The notes below the pieces were generated by a model that searched no databases, was not told where the DNA came from, and saw only the letters and a program-made list of their open reading frames with translations. The position numbers and the translations under genes are program-made. This document shows, piece by piece, positions 1 to 10,009 of a DNA stretch of 64,000 bases. How positions within the stretch are numbered: position 1 is the stretch's first letter; every line of letters starts with the position of its first letter. The DNA is from Candidatus Buchananbacteria bacterium (GTDB lineage: Bacteria > Patescibacteriota > Patescibacteriia > 2-01-FULL-39-33): positions 6,393 to 70,392 of the forward strand of contig CAISTG010000004.1 in assembly GCA_903888345.1 (NCBI GenBank). The letters run 5' to 3'.

Positions 1-2
1 TT

Positions 3-353
3 GGATCGGCTGTGGCCGCCTTACCGTTATTACTAATGCCGGGCGTCGTTTTCTTTAAGTCTAAAGTGGCGATCAAAAAAGTTAAGCAACCTTGGACTTT
101 GTTAGTAATTGGACAGGCGAGCGGCGCTTTAGCCTCGGTGGGTGTGAATTTAGCCATCGCCATCTCGACTAATGCGACCGCGATTATTAATGCGATGCAG
201 GGTTTGCAATATGCGATTTTATTTGTGGCGGTTTTAGTTCTTACCAAATTCTTTCCGAAAATTTTAAAAGAAAATATGAGTGCGGCGGTGTTGCTGCAAA
301 AAGCCATCGCGACGAGTTTGATAATTTTGGGTTTAGTGCTCATTGCTTTTTAA
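3..353 (+). CDS. EamA/DMT-family membrane transporter, C-terminal part (truncated by window edge)
   Basis: Open frame from the window start; hydrophobic helices ending in 'KILKENMS...LQKAIATSLIILGLVLI', typical of DMT C-termini. Confidence 0.65.
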   Translation, partial: GSAVAALPLLLMPGVVFFKSKVAIKKVKQPWTLLVIGQASGALASVGVNLAIAISTNATAIINAMQGLQYAILFVAVLVLTKFFPKILKENMSAAVLLQKAIATSLIILGLVLIAF

Positions 354-360
354 ACGATAC

Positions 361-434
361 GTCATTCTGAGTGAAGTGAAGAATCTCTGAAATAACACGG
401 GATCCTTCATCCGCCGCGGCGGATTCAGGCTGAC
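361..434. repeat. REP/RPE-like palindromic element (GTCATTCTGAG...TCAGGnTGAC) carrying a nested ATCCGCCGCGGCGGAT palindrome
   Basis: Self-complementary ends; similar to the element at 61237-61305; nested 16-bp palindrome at 409-424. Confidence 0.8.
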
Positions 435-450
435 GTTGTTAGAATAACTT

Positions 451-1461
451 ATGAAATTTAAATTAACATTGAAGTTTTATATTATAACCGCAATCATTGT
501 GGTATTGGTCGGCGCCTTCGCCTCGACTTATTTTTTGAAATTCAATCAACCAATGAATTGGGGTGTCACTTATTCGTGGTCTTATACTCGTGATGAATTA
601 GGTTTGGATCCCAAGGAGGTTTACGTGGCAATTCTTGATGACTTAAAAGTTGATCGGATTAGATTGTCGGCTTACTGGAATGAGATTGAGGAGCAAAAAG
701 GTGTCTATGATTTTTCGCAGCTAGACTATTTAATGACTGAGGCGAAGAAACGCAACGTTAAAGTAATTTTGGCAGTAGGACGACGTTTACCGCGTTGGCC
801 GGAATGTCATGATCCGGCTTGGACTTCGAGCACGAACTCTATTGAGGTTGATGAGCGCCAATTAAAGTTTGTTGAAGCCACGGTTAGACGTTACAATAAA
901 TACGACAATATTCTTTATTGGCAGGTGGAGAATGAACCATATCTGTCGACCTTCGGTATTTGTCCGGCACCTAATCCCAGTCTACTAAAATCAGAAATTA
1001 AGTTAGTAAAAAGTTTAGTGTCGCAACCGATTTTGGTGACTGATTCGGGAGAGTTATCTACCTGGTGGCCGATTAGCCATAGCGGGGGAGACATTTTAGG
1101 CACAACCTTGTACCGCGTAGTTTATAATCAGACGATTGGTTATTTCCGCTGGTTTACGCCACCTTTTTTCTATTGGGCGCGAGTCGAATTAATAAAAAAA
1201 GTTTCACCGATCAAGCGCGTGATTGTCGCCGAGTTACAAGCCGAAAGTTGGCATAAAGCGTATAAGAATTTAGCTGAAATGACGCTGGCGGAGCATAATG
1301 AGTCCATGAGTATCAAGCAGTTTAAGGATAATATTAAATTCACGCGCGAAGCTGGCTTTGATGAAGCCTATTTGTGGGGTGCGGAATGGTGGTATTTAAT
1401 GAAAGTTAAAAATAATTATCCCGGCTATTGGGAAGAAGCGAAGAAGTTGTGGAATCAATAA
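451..1461 (+). CDS. Membrane-anchored clan GH-A glycoside hydrolase (GH5/GH42-like TIM barrel)
   Basis: N-terminal TM helix; 'IRLSAYWNEIE...GVYDFSQLD', acid/base motif 'WQVENEP', nucleophile-like 'AELQAE'. Confidence 0.7.
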   Translation: MKFKLTLKFYIITAIIVVLVGAFASTYFLKFNQPMNWGVTYSWSYTRDELGLDPKEVYVAILDDLKVDRIRLSAYWNEIEEQKGVYDFSQLDYLMTEAKKRNVKVILAVGRRLPRWPECHDPAWTSSTNSIEVDERQLKFVEATVRRYNKYDNILYWQVENEPYLSTFGICPAPNPSLLKSEIKLVKSLVSQPILVTDSGELSTWWPISHSGGDILGTTLYRVVYNQTIGYFRWFTPPFFYWARVELIKKVSPIKRVIVAELQAESWHKAYKNLAEMTLAEHNESMSIKQFKDNIKFTREAGFDEAYLWGAEWWYLMKVKNNYPGYWEEAKKLWNQ

Positions 1462-1488
1462 GAAAGTAAGAATATTTAAAGTAAATAA

Positions 1489-2913
1489 ATGTCACTAGCA
1501 GCAAAAATTGCCAAAAATACTATTTATCAAATCACCGGCAAGGGCGCGGGGATGTTGTTGGGTTTGGCGACTGTCGCCTTGATGACGCGTTATTTGGGGC
1601 GGCAGGGCTTTGGTTATTACACTATTATTATTTCTTATCTGCAATTTTTCGGTGTGCTGATCGATTTTGGTTTACAAATGACAACTTCGCAATTGTTGGC
1701 TAAACCCGGAGCGAATCAGAGTCAAATTTTTGGTAATCTGCTCGCCGTGCGTTTATTGTCGGCCCTAGTTTTTATTGGCCTCGGATCAATTATCGTCTGG
1801 TTTTTGCCGTATCCTTATGAGGTCAAGATTGGCGTTGGCGTGGCTGCTTTTTCCTTCTTTTTTATTTCTTTGCAATCAGTCTTAATTGGTTTATTTCAGA
1901 AACACTTAGCGATGGCTGAAGTGGCGATGGCCGAGGTTTGGGGTCGGCTGATTTTATTAATTGGTGTTTGGTTAACGATTACTTATAATTGGGGCTTTTT
2001 GCCGATTATCGCGGCGATTGCTTTGGGTAGTTTTGTTAACTTTATAATTCTCTATATTAAGTCGCAGACCTATATTCGTTATCGTTTAGCTTGGGACAAA
2101 AAAACGCTCAAAGAAATTTGGGACGTTTCTTGGCCGTTGGCAATTACGATTTCTTTGACCTTGGTCTATTTTCGTGCCGATACTATCGTCTTGTCGTTGG
2201 TGCGGCCGGCGGAAGAAGTTGGTATTTATGGTGCCGCTTATAAAGTGCTCGAAATTTTGATTCAATTTCCTTATTTATTTTTGGGTTTGCTCTTGCCACT
2301 CTTAACGGAATTCTATTTAGTTAATAAAGACTTATATAATAAAATCTTGCAGAAGGCGTTTGATTTTTTGGCGATTATAGCGGTGCCGATTGTTTTTGGT
2401 TGCTGGGTGTTAGCAGAAAAGTTAATGATTTTTGTTGCTGGTCCTGATTTTGCTGTTGCTGGCCAACCACTCCGGATTTTAATTATTGCAATGGCGATGA
2501 TTTATTTCGGCGCGCTCTTCGGTTATGCAATTGTTGCCACGGGTCAACAAAAAAAGATGATCGGCTTTTATTTATTCGACGCTGTTTTTTCTTTGATCGC
2601 TTATCTAATTTTTATTCCAGCCTTTGGAATTGTGGCAGCGGCTATTTTAACCGTTTTAACCGAAACACTGATTACTATTCCCGCTTTTTGGTTAATTAGA
2701 AAGACGACTGACTTCCGTTTGCATTTCGGTGTTTTCTTTAAGGCGATGATCGCGGCAATAATTATGTCAGTGATTTTAATAGGGCTATTTAGTCAATCGG
2801 TTATCACTTTGATAATTGTCGGCGCCATTGTTTATTTTGTGGTTTTGTATTGGTTGCGTGGCTTCCGCAAAGAAGATATTTTGGCCATGATCGGCAAAAA
2901 TAAGTTAGTTTAA
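1489..2913 (+). CDS. Polysaccharide flippase (Wzx/RfbX family)
   Basis: Many TM helices; 'KIAKNT', 'TRYLG..GFG.Y', 'DFGL', 'VGIYGAAYK' motifs. Confidence 0.85.
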   Translation: MSLAAKIAKNTIYQITGKGAGMLLGLATVALMTRYLGRQGFGYYTIIISYLQFFGVLIDFGLQMTTSQLLAKPGANQSQIFGNLLAVRLLSALVFIGLGSIIVWFLPYPYEVKIGVGVAAFSFFFISLQSVLIGLFQKHLAMAEVAMAEVWGRLILLIGVWLTITYNWGFLPIIAAIALGSFVNFIILYIKSQTYIRYRLAWDKKTLKEIWDVSWPLAITISLTLVYFRADTIVLSLVRPAEEVGIYGAAYKVLEILIQFPYLFLGLLLPLLTEFYLVNKDLYNKILQKAFDFLAIIAVPIVFGCWVLAEKLMIFVAGPDFAVAGQPLRILIIAMAMIYFGALFGYAIVATGQQKKMIGFYLFDAVFSLIAYLIFIPAFGIVAAAILTVLTETLITIPAFWLIRKTTDFRLHFGVFFKAMIAAIIMSVILIGLFSQSVITLIIVGAIVYFVVLYWLRGFRKEDILAMIGKNKLV

Positions 2914-2936
2914 TTTTTTCAATTAGTAATTTTTTT

Positions 2937-4244
2937 ATGTTCACTTATATTATTTTGGTTTTGGCTGCTGCCGCTTTTTTGTTTGTAGCCTTCGCGCGGC
3001 CGATTTGGGCGCTTAGTATTGTGGCCTTTTTGTTGCCGACATATATGATTAGGTTTACTATCGGTCTAATACCTTTTACATTTTTAGAAACTTTAATTAT
3101 ATTGCTGGCGCTCGTCGTGCTTATTACCAAAAAATTTGATTGGGAAAAAATTTATCATGATTCTTTGTTTTGGCCAATTATCGCTATCTTAATTACTTCC
3201 ACCATTGCTGTCGTGGCCTCCTATTCTCCGATTCAGGGGGCGGGATTATGGAAGGCCTATTTCGTTGAACCAGTAATTTTTTATTGGTTGATGCTGAGTT
3301 TGATTGACCGTCGGAGGTACTTGGAAGGCCTGTTTTGGGCCTTGGGTGGGTCGGTAATATATTTGAGCCTAATAGCCATATTCCAGAAGATCTTTGCTGT
3401 AGGTGTGCCACAGGCCTTTATGGACCCTGCTGGAGGGGTAGATCGCGTTGTTTCCGTCTTTGGCTATCCCAATGCGATTGGCCTATTTTTTGGCCCAATT
3501 ATCATCTTATTTCTTGGCTTTCTGTATTATCGCAATCCAGACTCATTATTGCTCTATTTATCTAATGCCAACCGTTTTTGGTTTAAGGCGGCGGTGATCA
3601 TTTTGGGTGTTTTTACTATTGTTTTGGCTAAATCAGAGGGTGCGATTGTCGCCATTGTTGTTTGTGCCTGGTTGATGTTGGTTTTTAATAGAAAAACGAG
3701 ATTATTGATCTTGGTTGTGACTGGAGTCTTTGGGGTAGAGTTATTAATTAATTCACCTTTGCGTGAATTCATCGCTTTTAAGCTATTCTTACAAGATTGG
3801 TCTGGTCAAATTCGACGGATTATGTGGGGTGAAACTTGGGCGATGTTAAAAAATAATTGGTTTTTTGGGGCTGGATTAGCTGGTTACCCGGTAGCGATTG
3901 TGCCTTATCACGCTAAATGGTTTGAGATTTTTCCCTATCCGCATAATATTTTACTTAATCTCTGGGTCGCCTTGGGTATTCCTGGATTATTGGCTTTTGT
4001 CTGGCTGGGATTAGCATTTATTTGGCTAAATTTAAAAAATTTCTTCGGTATCGTGTATGAAAAAGGCAAGAATTTGTCATTTGATAAGATTGCCAGCTTG
4101 TTATTTTTGTTAGTAGGTTTAGAGATGGTGATTCATGGATTAGTTGACGTGCCGTATTTCAAAAATGATTTGGCAGTTTTGTTTTGGATTTTGGTGGGTG
4201 CCGCTAGTTTGAATGCTAAGTTGGTGCAAGAAAAAAATAACTAA
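2937..4244 (+). CDS. O-antigen ligase/polymerase family protein (Wzy_C)
   Basis: 'RVVSVFGYPNAIG', 'SEGA', 'R..MW', 'FGAGL', 'YPHNILL', 'HGLVDVPYF' motifs. Confidence 0.85.
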   Translation: MFTYIILVLAAAAFLFVAFARPIWALSIVAFLLPTYMIRFTIGLIPFTFLETLIILLALVVLITKKFDWEKIYHDSLFWPIIAILITSTIAVVASYSPIQGAGLWKAYFVEPVIFYWLMLSLIDRRRYLEGLFWALGGSVIYLSLIAIFQKIFAVGVPQAFMDPAGGVDRVVSVFGYPNAIGLFFGPIIILFLGFLYYRNPDSLLLYLSNANRFWFKAAVIILGVFTIVLAKSEGAIVAIVVCAWLMLVFNRKTRLLILVVTGVFGVELLINSPLREFIAFKLFLQDWSGQIRRIMWGETWAMLKNNWFFGAGLAGYPVAIVPYHAKWFEIFPYPHNILLNLWVALGIPGLLAFVWLGLAFIWLNLKNFFGIVYEKGKNLSFDKIASLLFLLVGLEMVIHGLVDVPYFKNDLAVLFWILVGAASLNAKLVQEKNN

Positions 4245-4428
4245 AAATAGCCAAAAACGTATTATTTATTGACTTTTATCGATAAAAGGTGTATAATTAG
4301 AGTGTTGTGAGTTTTCTTGGTTTAGCGCATTGATAGCGCGTTAAATCGTTAGTTTAATTAAGCGTCAACTAAAGCGAATCGAGAAGGTCGGCTTACACAT
4401 CTTAAAAAAGTTATTTTACAACAAAAAT

Positions 4429-4746
4429 ATGGCTTTAAAGCTATTTGTCGGCAATCTAAGCTTCAGCATGACTGAAGATGAATTGAGAGATTTATTCTCC
4501 CAAGCCGGCACCGTTCAGACCGCGACTATTATCAAAGATAAGATGTCCGGCCGATCAAAGGGATTTGCTTTTGTAGAAATGTCTTCCGATGAGGAAGCCC
4601 AATCCGCCATTGAAATGTACAATGGTAAGGAAATTGGCGGCAGAGCAATCGTCGTCAATGAGGCTCGCCCTATGGAAAAACGCACTGATGACAGAGGCGG
4701 TTTCCGTGGTGGTAACAGCGGAGGTTTTTCCCGAAACAGATACTAA
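4429..4746 (+). CDS. RRM-domain RNA-binding protein
   Basis: RNP2 'LFVGNL', RNP1 'KGFAFVEM', Gly/Arg-rich tail. Confidence 0.95.
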   Translation: MALKLFVGNLSFSMTEDELRDLFSQAGTVQTATIIKDKMSGRSKGFAFVEMSSDEEAQSAIEMYNGKEIGGRAIVVNEARPMEKRTDDRGGFRGGNSGGFSRNRY

Positions 4747-4755
4747 ACCTTTATT

Positions 4756-4787
4756 AAAAACAACTCGCTTCGGCGGGTTGTTTTTTT
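4756..4787 (+). terminator. Intrinsic terminator
   Basis: CAACTCGC-TTCG-GCGGGTTG hairpin followed by a T run. Confidence 0.85.
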
Positions 4788-4850
4788 GTCTAAATTTTGG
4801 TACGATAAGGGAAGTTTTAAGTGTATTTTAGAGAAAATAATTATTTGATC

Positions 4851-5408
4851 ATGAACGATATTAAAGCTATTTTATTTGATTTTATGGGCGTCTTATTATT
4901 TAAGCGTTCTGATTATCTATCTGATCCTTTAGTTGATGCGATTGACAAGGAGATGGGGCAAGTAACTGATGAGATTGTGTTTAAGCAAAAGATGTTAAGT
5001 GAACATAATCTAAGTGAGGCTGAATTTGAACAAGTAACGAAGAAAATTGGCGAAAAGTATGAGGCCAATCAAGTGCTCTGGAAGTTATTGCCGGAATTAA
5101 GAAAAAAATATAAATTAGGAATTGTTAATAATGGTGCAATATTGACTCTGCCGATGTTTGAGGCCGAATATGGCATAAAAAGTAAGTTTGATTTATATGT
5201 AAACTCAGCGATTGAAGGAATTAAAAAGCCGGATCCTAGAATTTTTATGATAGCTGTCGAACGATTGGGCATTAACCAGAGTGAATGTCTGTATATGGAT
5301 GATTTAATTGTAAATGTTGAAGCGGCAGAAAAGTTAGGCATGAAAGTTATCTGTTGGGATAATAAAGAGCAGGGAATGAAAAAGTTTTTAGAGTTTGTTG
5401 GTGGTTAA
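4851..5408 (+). CDS. HAD-superfamily hydrolase
   Basis: 'ILFDFMGVL', 'KKPDPRIF', 'YMDD' motifs; ATG at 4851 preferred over the GTG at 4821. Confidence 0.85.
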   Translation: MNDIKAILFDFMGVLLFKRSDYLSDPLVDAIDKEMGQVTDEIVFKQKMLSEHNLSEAEFEQVTKKIGEKYEANQVLWKLLPELRKKYKLGIVNNGAILTLPMFEAEYGIKSKFDLYVNSAIEGIKKPDPRIFMIAVERLGINQSECLYMDDLIVNVEAAEKLGMKVICWDNKEQGMKKFLEFVGG

Positions 5409-5413
5409 AATAT

Positions 5414-5502
5414 GGAGAGGTGTCTGAGTTGGTTTAAGGTACCGCTCTCGAAAAGCGGCAGGGGTTTATAGCCCCTCGGGAGTTCGAATCTCCCCCTCTC
5501 CG
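5414..5502 (+). tRNA. tRNA-Ser (anticodon CGA), CCA not encoded
   Basis: Acceptor GGAGAGG/CCTCTCC, anticodon arm CCGCT-CTCGAAA-AGCGG, long variable arm, T arm GGGAG-TTCGAAT-CTCCC, discriminator G. Confidence 0.97.
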
Positions 5503-5514
5503 AAAATAAAAAAT

Positions 5515-5856
5515 ATGCGATCAGTCTTGCATGCTAAAATCCATCAAGCAACAGTGACCGAAGCTAATCTTGCTTATGTCGGCAGCATTACGATTGATCA
5601 GGAATTAATCGATCGGGCTGGTTTGTGGTTGGGTGAGAAGGTTTTGGTGGTTAGTAATACTACTGGCGCGCGCCTGGAAACTTACATTATTGCCGGCGAG
5701 CGTAATTCTGGAGTTATTTGTATGAATGGTGCCGCCGCTCATATCATTAAGGCAGGTGAAGAAATAATTATCATGGGTTTTGAATTGACCGATAAGCCGA
5801 TCGAAGCCAAAATTGTTTTAGTTGATCAGGCTAACAAATTCTTAAAATATTTATAA
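5515..5856 (+). CDS. panD: Aspartate 1-decarboxylase proenzyme
   Basis: '[21 protein letters not shown]' with the Gly-Ser autocleavage site, 'RLETY', 'NGAAAH'. Confidence 0.93.
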   Translation: MRSVLHAKIHQATVTEANLAYVGSITIDQELIDRAGLWLGEKVLVVSNTTGARLETYIIAGERNSGVICMNGAAAHIIKAGEEIIIMGFELTDKPIEAKIVLVDQANKFLKYL

Positions 5857-5866
5857 TCAAGTAAAT

Positions 5867-6544
5867 ATGGATTTAGCTAAACAGTACGATGATTTTGCTG
5901 CTGATTTTTCTCGGGTTCATGATGTCGGCGAAAATAGTAATCGTGATAACCGGCAAAAATTTTATAGCGTTTTGAATTTTATTAAGCCGGGAATGAAGTT
6001 GCTTGATTTGGCCTGTGGCGACGGCTTGGATTTAGTTTATTATAAAAGTTTAGGTGCCGAAGTTTATGGTCTTGATGCCTCGGCAGAGCTTATTAAAATT
6101 GCCAAAGAGAGATTGCCAGCTGATGATATCGTCGTTGGCTTATTTGATCAGACTCACTATGCTGATGCTAGTTTTGACGTGATTCTTTCCAAGTATGCCA
6201 TTCAAACTTCAGCCGATATGGCTTCAGTATTTAAAGAGATCGCGCGCATTATAAAGCCGGGAGGAATCTTGGTGTATTTAGTGACACATCCTTTCCGTCA
6301 ATACTTTGAAAAGAAAAATTCTACTGCCGATTATTTTCAACAAGAAGTGGTTGAGGCTAGTATCTTAAATAACTCTATTATAGTACGTGAACCATCGCAT
6401 ACTTTTAATGAATATTTTACCGCTGAATTTTTAAACGACTTTGATATTCAATTATTTCAAGAACAATGGGATGCTTCCGCTGAACAGATTGACGGCAAAA
6501 AGTATCCAGGTTATTTTATTGTTAAAGCGCAAAAAAGAATTTAA
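5867..6544 (+). CDS. Class I SAM-dependent methyltransferase
   Basis: 'LLDLACGDG', 'GLDAS', 'FDVI', 'IKPGG'. Confidence 0.88.
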   Translation: MDLAKQYDDFAADFSRVHDVGENSNRDNRQKFYSVLNFIKPGMKLLDLACGDGLDLVYYKSLGAEVYGLDASAELIKIAKERLPADDIVVGLFDQTHYADASFDVILSKYAIQTSADMASVFKEIARIIKPGGILVYLVTHPFRQYFEKKNSTADYFQQEVVEASILNNSIIVREPSHTFNEYFTAEFLNDFDIQLFQEQWDASAEQIDGKKYPGYFIVKAQKRI

Positions 6545-6545
6545 C

Positions 6546-7106
6546 ATGGATAATAAAACTTACAACAAAGAAGATTTCACGACTGAGATATTACCAAAAG
6601 GGGAATATCAGAATTGTATTTTTACTAATTGTAATTTTCATGGTTGTGATTTATCTAATTACAAATTTTTTGATTCGGAATTTACTGGTTGTGATTTAAG
6701 CTTAGTAAAAACGGCACAAACAACTTTAGCTAATGTGGCTTTTAAGGGCAGTAAATTGTTGGGTTGGCGCTTTGAAAATTGCGCCGAGTTTGGCTTAGCG
6801 GTCAGCTTCGATAATTGCTTGTTAGATCACTCTTCATTTTTTAAAACTAAATTGAAAAAATCAATCTTTAAAGATTCGCAATTGCATGAAGTAGATTTTA
6901 CTGATTGTGATTTGACTGAGGCGGTTTTTAATAATTGTGATTTGGCCAAAGCGATTTTTCGCTCTACGAATTTAGAAAAAGCAGATTTACGTTCATCATA
7001 TAATTACGCAATTGATCCGGAAAACAACAAGATCAAGAAAGCCAAATTTTCTTTGGCGGGAGTTCCGGGGTTATTGGTTAAGTATGATCTAAAGATTGAA
7101 ATATAA
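6546..7106 (+). CDS. Pentapeptide-repeat protein
   Basis: Repeating F-x-x-C-x / A-D-L-x-x pentamers; ATG at 6546. Confidence 0.9.
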   Translation: MDNKTYNKEDFTTEILPKGEYQNCIFTNCNFHGCDLSNYKFFDSEFTGCDLSLVKTAQTTLANVAFKGSKLLGWRFENCAEFGLAVSFDNCLLDHSSFFKTKLKKSIFKDSQLHEVDFTDCDLTEAVFNNCDLAKAIFRSTNLEKADLRSSYNYAIDPENNKIKKAKFSLAGVPGLLVKYDLKIEI

Positions 7107-7114
7107 TTAAATTT

Positions 7115-7660
7115 ATGTCGATTATAATTACTTATTTTGTTCATGGTACAACTACTGATAATGAACAGAAACTTTCCTCTGGTTGGAACGATGTGGAATT
7201 ATCGGAGTTGGGCATTAGACAAGCGATAGAATTAAAAGAGTTAACCAAAGATCAGGACTTTGATGTTGTATTTTGTTCTGATTTAAAGCGTGCCATTAGG
7301 TCCGCCGAGCTATGTTTCGAGGGTAGGGCACCGATTATTATTGATACCCGTTTAAGAGAGTGTAATTATGGAACTTATAATAGTCACCCGTCTAGTATTG
7401 TCGAACCAATGCAAGAGACTAAGGTTTCTGAAAGATTTCTAGAAGGAGAGAGTTGTGAAGATGTCAAAAATAGAATTGCTGATTTTTTAGAATTTTTAAA
7501 ACTTAATTATGCTGGCAAGCGAGTGGCAATTGTGGCACACAAAGCTCCGCAACTAGCGCTTGACGTTTTGTTGACAGGTAAAACTTGGGAGGAGGCTTTT
7601 GCTCAGGATTGGCGAAAGCTCAAAGCCTGGCAGCCTGGTTGGCCTTACGAAATTAACTAA
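7115..7660 (+). CDS. Histidine phosphatase (phosphoglycerate mutase-like) family protein
   Basis: 'FVHG', 'SDLKRA', 'LRECNYG', 'GES', 'IVAH'. Confidence 0.88.
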   Translation: MSIIITYFVHGTTTDNEQKLSSGWNDVELSELGIRQAIELKELTKDQDFDVVFCSDLKRAIRSAELCFEGRAPIIIDTRLRECNYGTYNSHPSSIVEPMQETKVSERFLEGESCEDVKNRIADFLEFLKLNYAGKRVAIVAHKAPQLALDVLLTGKTWEEAFAQDWRKLKAWQPGWPYEIN

Positions 7661-7738
7661 TTTTTTGACAAATAAAACAGCCGCTCGATTTCCCATCGGG
7701 CGGCTTTGTTGTTGAGACGAATGTGCGTTTGTCATCGG

Positions 7739-8839
7739 TTACTGGAGTTCGATCTCCACCAACCGGCGATTAATGTCGTACTTGTACTGCTCCTGGCATT
7801 TCTTGGTCAGGGCGTCTTGGAAGGCCAGAACGTCTTCCTTGGTGGTCAGTGAAGCGAGCGTCCATAGCACCCAGCGGTAGGGGCTATCGCTAGGGAGATT
7901 GCGATCTTCGGTCAGAAACTCCAGCTGGCCAAACGGATCAAGCTGTAGCAACTTCACATAGATGGCGTCGCAGAGTTCTCCACGCTCGAGATACTCTTCG
8001 TGCGCGTGGCATTCAAGATTCTCTGCCACTTCGATGAATTCCCGGAGCGTCTTCGTATCTGTGATTTGCTCATGTGTCTTGACGACACGCAGAGTTGCTG
8101 CGCGCACCAATGCGTAGGCAGCAATTTCCCATTTCATGGAGCTTTTGTCCCAGCCAAAGGGATGCTCAGAGAGCTCCTTTTTTAATACATTGATTTCGGC
8201 TAGTGTCGTCTGTTCCGCGATTTCCTTGGAGAAATCATCGAAGAGCATCGCGGTCACGGTGAGGTGGCTTTTCATGGACTTGATGACAGCTCGCCTGGTG
8301 ACGAAGTTCGGTGCCGATTTGACGTAGGCGTTCGACGCTTCATCACTGAAGCCATCGCGTCCGACCAGTTGCCAGGCGCGGTGGAATTCGTCATAGCTGG
8401 AAAAGTTGTCGGTATAGACGACCGTGCGACGCGCCCAATATTCGGGCAGCCGTTTGCTGGTCCAGTACTTTTCCAGGTCGTCCAGCCGCAGGTAGTAGAG
8501 GCCGTAGGAAACGTTTTTTGACGCTAGAGCGTCGAACAGATTGGCGCCCTTGGTTTCGCAGAGGGCTCGAGCGGTTTCTACCCACTCTTTTTCTTCTGCT
8601 TTCTTGGCGCGTCTTTCTTCTTCATTCTGACGCGCCGCTTCCTGTTGGCGCAAGGCCCAGGCGGCCAACTCTTGTGCTGCGGCTTCCTTTTTGTCCTTTT
8701 TGGCCTGTTCGTACTCGTCTTGCTTCCGCTTTTTTTCTTTGATTTCAGAAAGGGAACATTTGACAATAATCGCGGCGATAGCAGCAACTACGACAAGGAT
8801 TCCCAGAAAAAACAGACAGATTCCAGTCATGGAACTCAT
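7739..8839 (-). CDS. Hypothetical protein with N-terminal TM helix and coiled coil (accessory unit)
   Basis: Long ORF, GC-richer than neighbours; SD GGAGA before ATG at 8839; own promoter. Confidence 0.7.
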   Translation of the reverse strand: MSSMTGICLFFLGILVVVAAIAAIIVKCSLSEIKEKKRKQDEYEQAKKDKKEAAAQELAAWALRQQEAARQNEEERRAKKAEEKEWVETARALCETKGANLFDALASKNVSYGLYYLRLDDLEKYWTSKRLPEYWARRTVVYTDNFSSYDEFHRAWQLVGRDGFSDEASNAYVKSAPNFVTRRAVIKSMKSHLTVTAMLFDDFSKEIAEQTTLAEINVLKKELSEHPFGWDKSSMKWEIAAYALVRAATLRVVKTHEQITDTKTLREFIEVAENLECHAHEEYLERGELCDAIYVKLLQLDPFGQLEFLTEDRNLPSDSPYRWVLWTLASLTTKEDVLAFQDALTKKCQEQYKYDINRRLVEIELQ

Positions 8840-8929
8840 AATCTTTCTCCATGCCACCTTGCGATGGCTCTTGTTGTAAGGTCCGACAACACCCAGAATT
8901 GACCCTTGCCAATCTTAGTGTAATATCTA

Positions 8930-8958
8930 ATTATAGCATATAGTGTTAAATTTGTCAA
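8930..8958 (-). promoter_or_regulatory. Consensus sigma70 promoter TTGACA-17-TATAAT with extended TG
   Basis: -35 at 8958-8953, -10 at 8935-8930. Confidence 0.85.
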
Positions 8959-9158
8959 GTAGTTATCAACAGCCTATTAATTTTTATGTTTAAATTTAGC
9001 TAAAATATTTATCGTATATACTTGATTATCGCTTAAATTAAAGCAAATCTTGGCGCGTGACCGAATTATCAATATTTCAGTGCGAAGTTTTTATTTGAGG
9101 ATAAATTTCGGTTTTAGTCAAATTAGGAGTATAATTAAAGTAATTAATACCTTAATTT

Positions 9159-9485
9159 ATGAAACTTAAACACTTGTATCTAATTTTGTGTGTGATCGCT
9201 GTTATTTTAACTTATTCGCAAATGCTGCCGTTTCTGGCGGCCAACAATAATGACATTCTGGTTTTGTTTCAGCAGATGTTTATTAATCAGGGAGTAGGGT
9301 TCTTTTCCATGGATCTCTTAGTTTTATCACTCGTCGCTTTGGTTTTTATGATTGTCGAGACTAAGCGCTTGCATTTAAAATATCTCTGGTTGCCAATAGT
9401 GGCGATTTTTATGGTCGGCATGTCGTTGGCGTTGCCGTTATTTTTATTTTTGCGTGAACTACAATTAGAAAAATCTAAAATATAA
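9159..9485 (+). CDS. Small membrane protein (DUF2834-like)
   Basis: 'FFSMDL', 'VGMSLALPLFLFLRE' motifs; several TM helices. Confidence 0.7.
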   Translation: MKLKHLYLILCVIAVILTYSQMLPFLAANNNDILVLFQQMFINQGVGFFSMDLLVLSLVALVFMIVETKRLHLKYLWLPIVAIFMVGMSLALPLFLFLRELQLEKSKI

Positions 9486-9489
9486 ATTT

Positions 9490-9963
9490 ATGAAATTCAA
9501 ATGGAATTATGCAGTGATCCCACTCAGCGTGATCGCTATTTCAGTGGCCGGCAGTTTAGTGACTGGCGGTAATATGAATTGGTATCGCGCTTTGAATTTG
9601 CCCCCAATCGCGCCACCAGGTGCCTTTATTGGCGCTGTCTGGACCGTAATCTTTATCCTGTCAGCTATTTCCATCTTATTATTTTGGAATAAAGAAAAAA
9701 ATAAAAAAGTAAAAAAGAATCTGGCGGAGTTATTTTTACTTAATGGGTTATTAAATTTATTATGGAGCATCGTCTTTTTCGGCTTGCATTTGATCGGTTG
9801 GTCGATTGTAGAAATGCTGGCTTTAAATATTACTAATCTCGTATTGATCGTCTGGCTCTGGCGCCGGAAAAAGCAGGCCGCCTCGATCCTCTTGTGGCCG
9901 TATTTTGCCTGGGTTAGTTTTGCGACCTACTTGGCCTATTCAGTGTGGTTACTAAATCGTTAG
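9490..9963 (+). CDS. tspO: TspO/MBR family tryptophan-rich sensory protein
   Basis: 'WYRALNLPPIAPP', 'LNLLWSIVFFG', 'PYFAWVSFATYL'. Confidence 0.93.
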   Translation: MKFKWNYAVIPLSVIAISVAGSLVTGGNMNWYRALNLPPIAPPGAFIGAVWTVIFILSAISILLFWNKEKNKKVKKNLAELFLLNGLLNLLWSIVFFGLHLIGWSIVEMLALNITNLVLIVWLWRRKKQAASILLWPYFAWVSFATYLAYSVWLLNR

Positions 9964-10009
9964 GTCTTGAACAATATATCAGATTATGCTATGCTAATTT
10001 GATATCAAT

